Source: a bacterium
Lineage (GTDB): Bacteria; Actinomycetota; Acidimicrobiia; Acidimicrobiales; Ilumatobacteraceae
Reading direction: 5' to 3'
NCBI GenBank assembly: GCA_029977615.1
Contig: JAPOKO010000004.1
Location: 20,207-84,206, forward strand
DNA: 64,000 bases
Shown here: positions 52,956 to 61,602 of the stretch, piece by piece
Position numbering within the stretch: position 1 is the first letter of the stretch
Layout of the letters: each line of letters opens with the position of its first letter
Position numbers and translations under genes: made by a program
The notes under the pieces: generated by a model
What the model was told of the DNA's origin: nothing
The model's input: only the letters and a program-made list of their open reading frames with translations
The model's database searches: none

Positions 52956-54581
52956 ATGAATACTGAATCAACACGCGTCGCTGTTGTTGCGTGCCCTGAC
53001 TGGCAGGCCGTTGCCGCGCAGTGTGACTTGCATGCTCGCGGGCAGGTATTTGATGCAGTGGCGGTGTTGCATGCACAACGGGTCATTGCTCGCACGGCCG
53101 CCGCTGCCGAGCAAGGCGTGCAGGTGGGCATGCGTAAGCGCGAAGCCCAGGCAACGTGCCCGAATATGCATATTGCAGCACATAACCCCGAGCGTGATCG
53201 ACTCATGTTCGAACCCGTGGTGCATGCCATTGCCGAACTGGTTCCACTCGTTGAAGTGAGCATGCCAGGAATTGTTGTACTGGCTACGCGTGGGCCTTCG
53301 CGCTATGTGGGTGGTGACGACGCGCTTGCGCAGCGTCTCACGGTTATTACTGAAACCGCGTTGCATAAGTTGGCACAAGGTCAACGCATTCCATTCGGTG
53401 TGGGCATCGCCGATGGTCGATTGACTGCAATGATTGCCGCACGCAGCGCTGCATCAGTGAGGTCGCCACGCGTTGTTGCACCAAATGAAAGCGCGCAGTG
53501 TTTGGCCGTGCTTCCCGTGTCTGTGCTTGCAGACTTTGCCGAAATTGATCGCAGCGTGGTGTCGTTGTTGCAACGCCTAGGCCTTGCTCACCTTGGCAAT
53601 ATTGCCGAAATTCAACCATCTGTTTTGGTTGGACGTTTTGGGCCTGTTGGAAATGAAATGCAACGGCTTGCGCGAGGTCTTGACAGACATCCACCAATTG
53701 TTGTTGCGCCTCCACCAGAGCGTGCAAGCACGCATCGATTCGATGTACCAGTAGAAGATGTGAACGTAGTCGTGCTTACTGCACGTGAAGTTGCAGATCA
53801 GTTGGTGATGCACTTGGGTAATCACGGTGCAAGCTGTGTTCGCTTGCACATTTCGTTGCACACCGATCACGGTGAGCAAAACGATCGCGTGTGGTATCAA
53901 CCCGAAGGGCTAACTGCTGCTGCCATGGCCGAACGAATGCGCTGGCAAATGGAAGCCTGGATAGCTGGCCGAGGGGTGACAAGCGGGGTGGTGCTATTCC
54001 GGCTTTCTCCAATAGGGCTAAGGGCTAGAGAGGGTCGCCAGCTGGGGTTGTGGGGCGACAGCACCCAGGCTGACGAGTGGGCTTCGCGCGCCATAGAGCG
54101 TCTTACCAACATGCTCGGGGCAGAGTCGGTTCGTGTTCCCGAGTGGCGTGGCGGCCGCGATCCAGCCGAAGTGTTTGCGCTCACGTCTGCAGCAGTAGTC
54201 GATGTTGAACGTCGCGCATTGTCGCAAGTGACAGCAGAGGCTCAGTGGAATGGTGCGTTACCAACTCCTTCTCCATCTGTTGTGTATGACGACCCACTAC
54301 TAGTACTGGTGTGTGATGCAGATGGAAACGATGTAACGGTGAGTGGAAGACATGAGTTAAGTGCAGAACCAACTGTTGTGGTGTTGCAACAACAGCGTTA
54401 CAACGTGTTGTCATGGGCTGGCCCATGGCCAGTGGAGGAGCGATGGTGGGACACTTCGCGACAACGCAGAATGGTGAGAATGCAGTTTGTGATCAGTCGT
54501 AATGACACTGCAATAACTACACGAGCCCTTGTGGTTGTAAGGGAACACGGGCAATGGTGGGTGGTTGCGCGCTTTGGATGA
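52956..54581 (+). CDS. imuB: ImuB, catalytically inactive Y-family polymerase homolog
   Basis: 541 aa. Y-family N-terminus VAVVACPDWQAVAA (only one Asp where DxD is expected). The SIDE motif is replaced (VEVSMPG). The clamp-binding-type motif QLGLWG is at nt 54039-54056. Confidence 0.88.
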   Translation: MNTESTRVAVVACPDWQAVAAQCDLHARGQVFDAVAVLHAQRVIARTAAAAEQGVQVGMRKREAQATCPNMHIAAHNPERDRLMFEPVVHAIAELVPLVEVSMPGIVVLATRGPSRYVGGDDALAQRLTVITETALHKLAQGQRIPFGVGIADGRLTAMIAARSAASVRSPRVVAPNESAQCLAVLPVSVLADFAEIDRSVVSLLQRLGLAHLGNIAEIQPSVLVGRFGPVGNEMQRLARGLDRHPPIVVAPPPERASTHRFDVPVEDVNVVVLTAREVADQLVMHLGNHGASCVRLHISLHTDHGEQNDRVWYQPEGLTAAAMAERMRWQMEAWIAGRGVTSGVVLFRLSPIGLRAREGRQLGLWGDSTQADEWASRAIERLTNMLGAESVRVPEWRGGRDPAEVFALTSAAVVDVERRALSQVTAEAQWNGALPTPSPSVVYDDPLLVLVCDADGNDVTVSGRHELSAEPTVVVLQQQRYNVLSWAGPWPVEERWWDTSRQRRMVRMQFVISRNDTAITTRALVVVREHGQWWVVARFG

Positions 54582-54617
54582 ATATTTTTCACTCAGCCCC
54601 GATAGATTTTCTGCGTC

Positions 54618-55172
54618 ATGAACGTGAAGGCAAACGCCAAGTCCGATGCGCAACTGGTGCAAGAACTGTGTGCACAGTTCAGCGCAGCCATTCCATGCGA
54701 CGAACGCGAACGTGAATCGGTGACAAAGTTTCTTGACATCGCGCCAACTTTGGTGAAACCCTTCGATGAGTTTTCCGATCCAACGCACATCACCGGCTCT
54801 GGAATTGTGGTTGGTGAACGCGGAGTGGTGTTGCATTTGCACAAGCGACTCAACATGTGGTTGCAACCAGGTGGACACATTGATGCTGGCGAAACACCAG
54901 CAGAGGGTGCCTTGCGCGAAGCGAGGGAAGAAACTGGTCTTGACGTAGTGCATCCCGCAACTGGCCCTTGGTTGGTGCACCTAGATGTGCACCCTGGCCC
55001 GCGCGGCCACACCCACCTCGACCTGCGCTACCTGATGTACGCCCCCGATGCCGACCCAGCTCCAGGCGCGGACGAAAGCCAAGATGTGCGCTGGTTTGAG
55101 TGGGATACAGCAATCGATATGTCGGACGCAGGTCTTGCTGGTTGCCTGCGAGCCGTTCGCCGCCTGCTGTAG
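54618..55172 (+). CDS. NUDIX hydrolase
   Basis: 184 aa. Perfect Nudix box GHIDAGETPAEGALREAREETGL (Gx5Ex7REUxEExGU). Confidence 0.88.
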   Translation: MNVKANAKSDAQLVQELCAQFSAAIPCDERERESVTKFLDIAPTLVKPFDEFSDPTHITGSGIVVGERGVVLHLHKRLNMWLQPGGHIDAGETPAEGALREAREETGLDVVHPATGPWLVHLDVHPGPRGHTHLDLRYLMYAPDADPAPGADESQDVRWFEWDTAIDMSDAGLAGCLRAVRRLL

Positions 55173-55186
55173 CCACGGTCTAAAAG

Positions 55187-55200
55187 CGAACATATGTTCG
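55187..55200. promoter_or_regulatory. LexA (SOS) box CGAACATATGTTCG, 13 nt upstream of the dnaE2 ATG
   Basis: This 14-mer is identical to the one at 52336-52349. It is followed by TACCCT (55202-55207) and then the ATG at 55214. Confidence 0.75.
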
Positions 55201-55213
55201 CTACCCTGAGGGC

Positions 55214-58200
55214 ATGGGGAAGGTTCCGTATTCGGAGTTGCATTGCCGTTCCAACTTTTCGTTTTTGCAAGGTGCCTCGCATCCAGAGCAATTAGTTGAA
55301 CAAGCTGTTGCACTTGAGTTGCAGTCACTTGCACTTACCGATCGCAACGGGTTGTACGGCATTGTTCGTTTTGCGCAGACTGCTCGTGCACTCGGGTTGC
55401 CAACAGTGTTTGGTGCAGAGTTGCAATGCAGTGTTGGCGAAGCAATTGGCGACATTGTGGTGATCGCACGCAACACGCGAGGGTATGCACATTTGTCGAG
55501 TGCAATTAGTGCTGGGCAACTTGCTGGCAGTAAAGAACAACCGGTATTTGGCATACAACAACTTGCTGAGTTTTCGGTTGGGGACTGGTGGGTGCTTACT
55601 GGTGGCCGCAGTGGTGTGGCGGCTCGCGCATTGCATTCGCATGGTCCTGCAATGGCTGAACGTCGGGTGCAGCAACTTATTTCAGCGTTTGGTCGCGACA
55701 GCGTGGTGATGGAAATGTGGGACCACGGCGACCCACTGGACTCTGTGCGTAACGATGAATTTGCACGCATTGCATATCGCAACAACATTGGGTGTGTTGC
55801 TACCAACGATGTGTTGTATGCAACGCCGGCTCAACACAAACTTGCTACCGCAGTTGCTGCGGTGCGCGAGCGGTCCAGTTTGGACGACATTGATCCACGT
55901 TTACCGCCAGCTGCTACTGCGTATTTACGCAGCGGGGCCGAGCAAGAACGGCGTTTCGCTCGGTATCCGGGCGTGGTGCAACACGCTGCTGAACTTGGAG
56001 CAAGCGCTGCATTTGACTTGCGGTTGGTGGCGCCACAATTACCACCGTTTCCGTGTCCTGATGGCTTGAATGAAATTTCGTATCTGCGCAAACTTGCAGA
56101 GGCAGGAGCCACTCGCAGGTATGGAATTCGACCGAACGACTCACGTGAAGATTTGTCGTTGCGTGCGCGAGCGTGGCGAGTAATTGACCACGAATTGGAA
56201 ATGATAGAGACACTTGGTTTTGCCGGGTATTTCCTGGTGGTGTGGGACATTGTTCAGTTCTGTGCGCGATCCAATATTTACTGTCAGGGTCGAGGTAGTG
56301 CGGCAAATAGTGCGGTGTGTTATTCGCTTGACATCACGAAGGCCGATGCGGTGTCGCTCGGTTTGCTATTTGAGCGGTTTCTGTCTCCAGAGCGTGATGG
56401 TCCACCCGATATCGACATTGATATTGAAAGCGGTCGACGCGAAGAAGTCATTCAGTATGTGTACCAACGACACGGTCGTCATCATGCTGCGCAAGTTGCC
56501 AACGTCATTACATATCGGGCGAAGTCTGCAGTGCGTGACATGGCACGCGCTCTTGGCTTTGCGCCAGGTCAACAAGATGCGTGGAGCAAACAGGTGGATG
56601 CGTGGGGTGCTATTGGCGTCACGGTGAATGGTGGTGATCACAACATTCCTACGCAGGTATTGCAACTAGCCGAACAGGTTCAAGATGCGCCGCGACACTT
56701 GGGCATTCATTCGGGTGGCATGGTCATGTGTGATCGCCCAGTAACCGAAGTGTGCCCAGTGGAGTGGGGTCGCATGGAAGGCCGGAGCGTATTGCAGTGG
56801 GACAAAGACGATTGTGCTGCGGCTGGCTTGGTGAAGTTCGATCTGTTGGGTCTTGGCATGCTGTCTGCACTGCATAATGCAGTCGACTTCATTGCGCAGT
56901 TTCGTGGTGTGCATATAGACCTAGCCACCATTCCGCAAGAAGATGAGGTGTACGCCATGTTGTGTCGCGCTGACACGGTGGGTGTGTTTCAAATTGAATC
57001 GCGCGCGCAAATGGCAACGCTTCCGCGCTTGAAGCCACGCAGGTTTTATGACCTTGTAGTGGAGGTTGCACTCATTCGACCAGGCCCTATTCAGGGTGGC
57101 TCAGTGCATCCCTACATTCGCCGCCGCAACGGGCAAGAGCCAATTACGTACTTGCATCCGTTGCTTGAAAACAGTTTGGGAAAAACACTTGGTGTGCCGC
57201 TGTTTCAAGAGCAACTCATGCAAATGGCAATTGATATTGCGGGGTTCAGTCCTGGTGAAGCAGATCAGTTGCGCCAGGCCATGGGTTCGAAGCGTTCGAA
57301 ATTACGAATGCAACAACTCAGCGATCGCTTTTATGCCGGAATGGCAGAGCGCGGAATTCGTGGTGATGTTGCCGACCAAATATTCACCAAGATGGCGGCA
57401 TTTGCCAGCTATGGATTTCCCGAAAGTCACTCGGTGAGTTTTGCGTACTTGGTGTATGCATCGGCATGGATCAAACTGCATGAACCAGCAGCGTTTTATG
57501 CATCGCTACTGAATGCGCAACCAATGGGGTTTTGGTCGCCTCATTCATTGGTGCAGGATGCAAAGCGTCACGGGGTAGTGGTGAACTCTCCCGACATCAA
57601 TGCGTCGTGTGCAGGCGCAACGCTTGAACACAATGCGAAGTCGACAGGTGGCTTGGCTTTGCGAATGGGAATCAATTCTGTGCGTGGCATGAGTGATGTT
57701 GTTGCGCAAGCCATTGCAGATAACAGGCCGTACACCAGCATGGAAGATGTGGTGCGTAAGGTTCCGCAATTGCATGTTGCACAACTTGAAGCACTTGCTA
57801 CTGCCGGTGTGTTCAACGAAAGTTTTGGTCAGCAACGTCGCGATGCGTTGTGGAGTGCTGGTGCGGTCATTCAGTCGCGTCCAGGAACGCTCGACGGAGT
57901 CACTACTGGTGTCGAGGCGCCGTATTTGCCTGGCATGCAACCAATGGAAGAAGCCATTGCCGACCTGTGGGCTACAGGCGTTTCAACGAGCGGTCACCCC
58001 ACCGAGTTCTTGCGCATTGAACTTGAACGCATGGGTGTTGCCACTGCAATGCAACTTCCACAACGCGGTGCGCGAGGCGATGAAAAAGTATTGGTTGCCG
58101 GAACGGTGACGCATCGTCAGCGACCAATGACAGCGCAAGGCATCACGTTCATCAACTTGGAAGACGAAACAGGGCACATCAACGTGGTGTGCTCGGTTGG

Positions 58201-58357
58201 GTGTTGGGCTCGCTATCGCAAAGTTGCGCGAGGTGCGGGTGCGCTGCTTGTTCGCGGCAGATTAGAAGTTGGCGATGGTGGTGTGATCAACGTTGTTGCC
58301 GAACATATTGCGCCACTGCATGTTGCGGCAAAAGTGGCGGCACGTAACTTTCGTTAG
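55214..58357 (+). CDS. dnaE2: Error-prone DNA polymerase DnaE2 (C-family)
   Basis: 1047 aa. PHP N-terminus YSELHCRSNFSFLQGAS, a Pol IIIalpha core, and an OB-fold C-terminus. Its length, the SOS box and the imuB neighbourhood fit DnaE2 rather than DnaE1. Confidence 0.95.
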   Translation: MGKVPYSELHCRSNFSFLQGASHPEQLVEQAVALELQSLALTDRNGLYGIVRFAQTARALGLPTVFGAELQCSVGEAIGDIVVIARNTRGYAHLSSAISAGQLAGSKEQPVFGIQQLAEFSVGDWWVLTGGRSGVAARALHSHGPAMAERRVQQLISAFGRDSVVMEMWDHGDPLDSVRNDEFARIAYRNNIGCVATNDVLYATPAQHKLATAVAAVRERSSLDDIDPRLPPAATAYLRSGAEQERRFARYPGVVQHAAELGASAAFDLRLVAPQLPPFPCPDGLNEISYLRKLAEAGATRRYGIRPNDSREDLSLRARAWRVIDHELEMIETLGFAGYFLVVWDIVQFCARSNIYCQGRGSAANSAVCYSLDITKADAVSLGLLFERFLSPERDGPPDIDIDIESGRREEVIQYVYQRHGRHHAAQVANVITYRAKSAVRDMARALGFAPGQQDAWSKQVDAWGAIGVTVNGGDHNIPTQVLQLAEQVQDAPRHLGIHSGGMVMCDRPVTEVCPVEWGRMEGRSVLQWDKDDCAAAGLVKFDLLGLGMLSALHNAVDFIAQFRGVHIDLATIPQEDEVYAMLCRADTVGVFQIESRAQMATLPRLKPRRFYDLVVEVALIRPGPIQGGSVHPYIRRRNGQEPITYLHPLLENSLGKTLGVPLFQEQLMQMAIDIAGFSPGEADQLRQAMGSKRSKLRMQQLSDRFYAGMAERGIRGDVADQIFTKMAAFASYGFPESHSVSFAYLVYASAWIKLHEPAAFYASLLNAQPMGFWSPHSLVQDAKRHGVVVNSPDINASCAGATLEHNAKSTGGLALRMGINSVRGMSDVVAQAIADNRPYTSMEDVVRKVPQLHVAQLEALATAGVFNESFGQQRRDALWSAGAVIQSRPGTLDGVTTGVEAPYLPGMQPMEEAIADLWATGVSTSGHPTEFLRIELERMGVATAMQLPQRGARGDEKVLVAGTVTHRQRPMTAQGITFINLEDETGHINVVCSVGCWARYRKVARGAGALLVRGRLEVGDGGVINVVAEHIAPLHVAAKVAARNFR

Positions 58358-58851
58358 TTCACCTGGTGAATTTCAAATGGAACATCAGGAGGACCATTTT
58401 CAAGAATTTCTCGGACAAGAGAATGAATATCACGAGGTGCAAACTTGTCGCTACCGAAATAGCTGGCAATTTCATCAACCGACCACCAGCGATGCTCATG
58501 CAGATTCTCTGCTAATAACTCTTGACTTGTTAAAAGCGGACTAACAGCAAACCGTTGTGTTTGGATGAGAAAAACTGATTCGCGTTGACCTTGCCATTGC
58601 ACGCCATCGGTGTCAACCAAATCAAATTCGTGTAAGCGATTCCAAACATGCGGACCGATTATGGGCTCTACAAGACCAGTCTCTTCACGCAACTCTCTAT
58701 ACAGGGCGTCTTTGACGTCTTCACCTGTATCTATTCCGCCACCAGGTAGCACCCAGAATGCACCATCAGGAAATACGAGGCGCACCAACAACAAGCATCC
58801 ATCGTCATCAATGATCAAACCGCGCGCCGCGAGGCGGAAATTAAATGTCAT
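58354..58851 (-). CDS. NUDIX hydrolase
   Basis: 165 aa. Perfect Nudix box GGIDTGEDVKDALYRELREETGL. It is convergent with dnaE2 and overlaps it by 4 nt. Confidence 0.88.
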   Translation of the reverse strand: MTFNFRLAARGLIIDDDGCLLLVRLVFPDGAFWVLPGGGIDTGEDVKDALYRELREETGLVEPIIGPHVWNRLHEFDLVDTDGVQWQGQRESVFLIQTQRFAVSPLLTSQELLAENLHEHRWWSVDEIASYFGSDKFAPRDIHSLVREILENGPPDVPFEIHQVN

Positions 58852-59132
58852 TCGCTGGGGCGTTCGTTCAGCCCATCGTTAAACATGCGATACGTCTCGT
58901 AAATGTCTTTGCACTTATCGCACAACGGCAATTGCTTCGGGTCGCGCGAGGGCACCCACACATGACCACACAGGGCCTCAATTGGTGTTCCGTAAATGCG
59001 GGCCTCGAGCACTTTGGATGCAGCATCTTCGCCGGGCTCAGTTTTCACAATGTGGGCCATGCTCGGCTCGCCGGTTTCAAGCACTTCCTCGGTAATGGGC
59101 TTAGTGGTTGCGGGCCTGGTCTGAAGAGGCAT
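58848..59132 (-). CDS. Small conserved actinobacterial protein (DUF3039-like)
   Basis: The ATG at 59132 (MPLQTRPATT...) is preferred to the GTG at 59144. The C-terminal ...ALCGHVWVPSRDPKQLPLCDKCKDIYE resembles DUF3039 as I remember it. Its stop overlaps the NUDIX start (ATGA). Confidence 0.6.
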   Translation of the reverse strand: MPLQTRPATTKPITEEVLETGEPSMAHIVKTEPGEDAASKVLEARIYGTPIEALCGHVWVPSRDPKQLPLCDKCKDIYETYRMFNDGLNERPSE

Positions 59133-59162
59133 GGGCGTACTCACAGTTCATACACTAGAGCC

Positions 59163-59378
59163 ATGCCTACCTATGAGTTCCGTTGCAAGAGTTGTGACTC
59201 GGTATTCGAAGAGCGCCGATCGATGTCGGAAGCTGACATGCCTGCAACATGTCCGGAGGGTCACGGCAATGCAGTTCGATTGCTCAGTGTGTTTGCGTCA
59301 GTTGGTGGCGCATCTGCACCACAAAAAGCAGCACCACGCCCAGCCGGTGGCTGCGGCTCGGGCTGTGGTTGCCACTGA
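59163..59378 (+). CDS. FmdB-family zinc-ribbon protein (CxxC_CxxC_SSSS)
   Basis: An ATG at 59163 gives MPTYEFRCKSCDSVFEERRSMSEADMPATCPEGHG, the hallmark N-terminus, with a Cys/Gly-rich tail GGCGSGCGCH. The upstream part of the track ORF is antisense to the DUF3039-like gene. Confidence 0.85.
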   Translation: MPTYEFRCKSCDSVFEERRSMSEADMPATCPEGHGNAVRLLSVFASVGGASAPQKAAPRPAGGCGSGCGCH

Positions 59379-59384
59379 ATTCAG

Positions 59385-59786
59385 TTAACTTTGCACAAGC
59401 CTGACTGCGCCTTTGCTGACCACGATCCATTCGCGCATGGTGATGCCAGCATTCGTAAATTGTTGGCGCATGAAGATCAACTGAGATTGATCATCTGCCT
59501 TCCATAATTCGCTTGGGCGAACACTTACGATCACGACCGATGAAGTAATTGCAGTGGTGCTGCACAAACCAATGAGTTGATGAATGAGGGAAGCAGGTGT
59601 AGCTGGTTCGTCAAATGACAACAGCCCAATACCGCGTTGTTCATCATCCATAAGAATGGCGATTACCTCGTTGCACAATGGGCGTCGAATAGCTAATGAA
59701 ATGACTGCAAGCATGTCTTGTGAGGAGATGATGGGGTCGAGATGGGCTCGGGGGAGCGAAAGTGGTGCACTGATGAGATTCAGCAC
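59385..59786 (-). CDS. Hypothetical protein
   Basis: I chose the GTG at 59786, preceded by GGAGGA, to avoid overlapping the rhomboid gene. No family recognised with confidence. Confidence 0.4.
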   Translation of the reverse strand: MLNLISAPLSLPRAHLDPIISSQDMLAVISLAIRRPLCNEVIAILMDDEQRGIGLLSFDEPATPASLIHQLIGLCSTTAITSSVVIVSVRPSELWKADDQSQLIFMRQQFTNAGITMREWIVVSKGAVRLVQS

Positions 59787-59850
59787 AGTTCCTCCAGTAT
59801 TTGTCGCGAAGAAATCGCAGATGAATAACGATGAGAGAAGTGCAGTGAAC

Positions 59851-60597
59851 TTATAGCGAGGGTGTAACGGCAATTGCGGCAGCCACAACACCAATTGCTA
59901 TTGGCATGACAAATTCGGTCCACCGAGGAAGACGCCATTGGGCAGGAGCCAAAACAAACACTCCGCACGCTGCTCCGGCAAGTGCGCCACCAAAATGACC
60001 GCCTACTGAAATGTTTGGAATGGCAAGTGTGAGACCGATGTTGATGAGAAAGGTGAGACCAAGACCGGTTTGCAGTGGGTTCACTCCACGCTGACGCATG
60101 CCAACAATCGCAGCAGCCATTATGCCAAACACTGCTCCAGATGCGCCGCCAGTTAACGCGTTTGGGCTCAGAATGAGCGCGCCAGCAGCACCGCCTAACA
60201 AAGAAGCGAAATAGACGAGCGTGAATTTCACGGAACCCAAAGTTGGTTCAAGCATTCTGCTCAGTTGATAGAGGAGAAACATGTTCATTCCGACGTGGAG
60301 CAATCCAAAATGCAAGAAACCACTGGAAACTAAGCGATACCACTCGCCGGCATTTAGGAACTCTCTAGCGAGCCCCATGTCGATTTGATATTGAGAGATT
60401 CCATTCAGCGTTCCTGGATGCATTGCATCTAGGACGAATCCCCACACGAACAGACCAAGGTTTACGGCGATGATTGCATTTGATGCCGTGTACGGGTTCA
60501 GATTTCTCCGCCGCCCCGAATACCGCACTCGTTGCTGCATTGAATTCCGCACCTGATTTTGTGGCGGAGGTGGAACTTGTGGTGGGGGGAAGTTCAC
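59851..60597 (-). CDS. Rhomboid-family intramembrane serine protease
   Basis: 248 aa. Catalytic Ser in GASGAVFG, catalytic His in GHFGGALAG, HxxxxHxxxN-like FLHFGLLHVGMNM, and 6 or more TM segments. Confidence 0.88.
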   Translation of the reverse strand: MNFPPPQVPPPPQNQVRNSMQQRVRYSGRRRNLNPYTASNAIIAVNLGLFVWGFVLDAMHPGTLNGISQYQIDMGLAREFLNAGEWYRLVSSGFLHFGLLHVGMNMFLLYQLSRMLEPTLGSVKFTLVYFASLLGGAAGALILSPNALTGGASGAVFGIMAAAIVGMRQRGVNPLQTGLGLTFLINIGLTLAIPNISVGGHFGGALAGAACGVFVLAPAQWRLPRWTEFVMPIAIGVVAAAIAVTPSL

Positions 60598-60601
60598 AAA
60601 T

Positions 60602-61576
60602 TTAGTTCGGATCTTTTTCGGCGAGCTCGCGATTAGCTAAATACCAATCAACAGTGCGACGCAATCCGTCTTCAAATTCGGTGTGTGCATGCCAACCGAG
60701 TTCACGCTCGGCGCGGCTGGCGTCTACTCGTCTGCGTGGCTGTCCATCAGGTCGAGATGAGTCCCAGACGAGTTCACCATCAAAACCCACAATGCGAGCA
60801 ATGGTCTCAGCGGTTTCGCGAATGGTTACTTCACGATTGTTGCCAAGGTTCAAAGGCTCAGCACTTGTTCGCAATTCCGCTGCAAGCACAATTGCCTCAG
60901 CAGCATCGTCTGCAAACAAATAATCACGGCTAGCGACACCGGTTCCCCACACACTGATTTTGTCGGCACCTTGTTCTTTGGCTTCAACGCACTTTTTGAT
61001 AAGCGCAGGGATGACGTGTGAAACAGATTCATGAAACTTATCGCCAGGACCGTACAAGTTCGTTGGAATAACAAAAGCAAAGTGTTGTCCATACTGTGCT
61101 TCGTTTACCTGTGCATGAATAAGCATTGCCTTTTTGGCAATTCCATATGGTGCATTTGTCTCTTCGGGGTAGCCATCCCAAATTGATTCCTCGCGGAAAG
61201 GAACTGGAGTGAATTTTGGATACGAGCACACTGTGCCGAGCAAAACGGTTTTCTCAACACCTACTGCTCGCGCAGCTTCAATGGTGTGTGTTCCCATCAT
61301 GAGATTGTCGAGGTACAACTGTGCTGGTGCAACTTGGTTGTAGCCAATTCCGCCTACGCGGGCAGCTAGGTGAATGACATGGCTCGGCGAGTGCTGGCGA
61401 AACAATTGCTCGGCAACACCAACTTGAGTGAGATCAGCTTCTTTTTGACGAGGCGCAACAACCGTTGCACCGAGGCTGCGCAATTTGGCCACTACTTTTG
61501 AACCAAGAAATCCGTTGCCACCGGTAACCACGACCGTGCGATCTGCCCAGTACGCAAGCGTTGCAGGTGAAGTCAT
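60602..61576 (-). CDS. fcl: GDP-L-fucose synthase-like NAD-dependent epimerase/reductase
   Basis: An ATG at 61576 gives MTSPATLAYWADRTVVVTGGNGFLGS. It also has PYGIAKK (YxxxK), IPTNLYGPGDKF and SHVIPALI, and aligns well by eye with E. coli Fcl. The track start at 61678 was trimmed. Confidence 0.85.
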   Translation of the reverse strand: MTSPATLAYWADRTVVVTGGNGFLGSKVVAKLRSLGATVVAPRQKEADLTQVGVAEQLFRQHSPSHVIHLAARVGGIGYNQVAPAQLYLDNLMMGTHTIEAARAVGVEKTVLLGTVCSYPKFTPVPFREESIWDGYPEETNAPYGIAKKAMLIHAQVNEAQYGQHFAFVIPTNLYGPGDKFHESVSHVIPALIKKCVEAKEQGADKISVWGTGVASRDYLFADDAAEAIVLAAELRTSAEPLNLGNNREVTIRETAETIARIVGFDGELVWDSSRPDGQPRRRVDASRAERELGWHAHTEFEDGLRRTVDWYLANRELAEKDPN

Positions 61577-61602
61577 GTCAATAACGATACAGAGTTGGCA
61601 CA

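Noticed and set aside
54411-55806. Several long minus-strand ORFs (189, 139, 117 and 201 aa) across the imuB end, the NUDIX gene and the dnaE2 start
   Set aside because: All are antisense to strongly supported + strand genes (Nudix box, PHP domain). They are typical long antisense frames, and none has family features.
58845-59162. 5' extension of the FmdB zinc-ribbon ORF (177 aa in the track)
   Set aside because: It is antisense to the DUF3039-like gene. FmdB-family proteins start with MPxYEFxC, which is exactly at the ATG at 59163.
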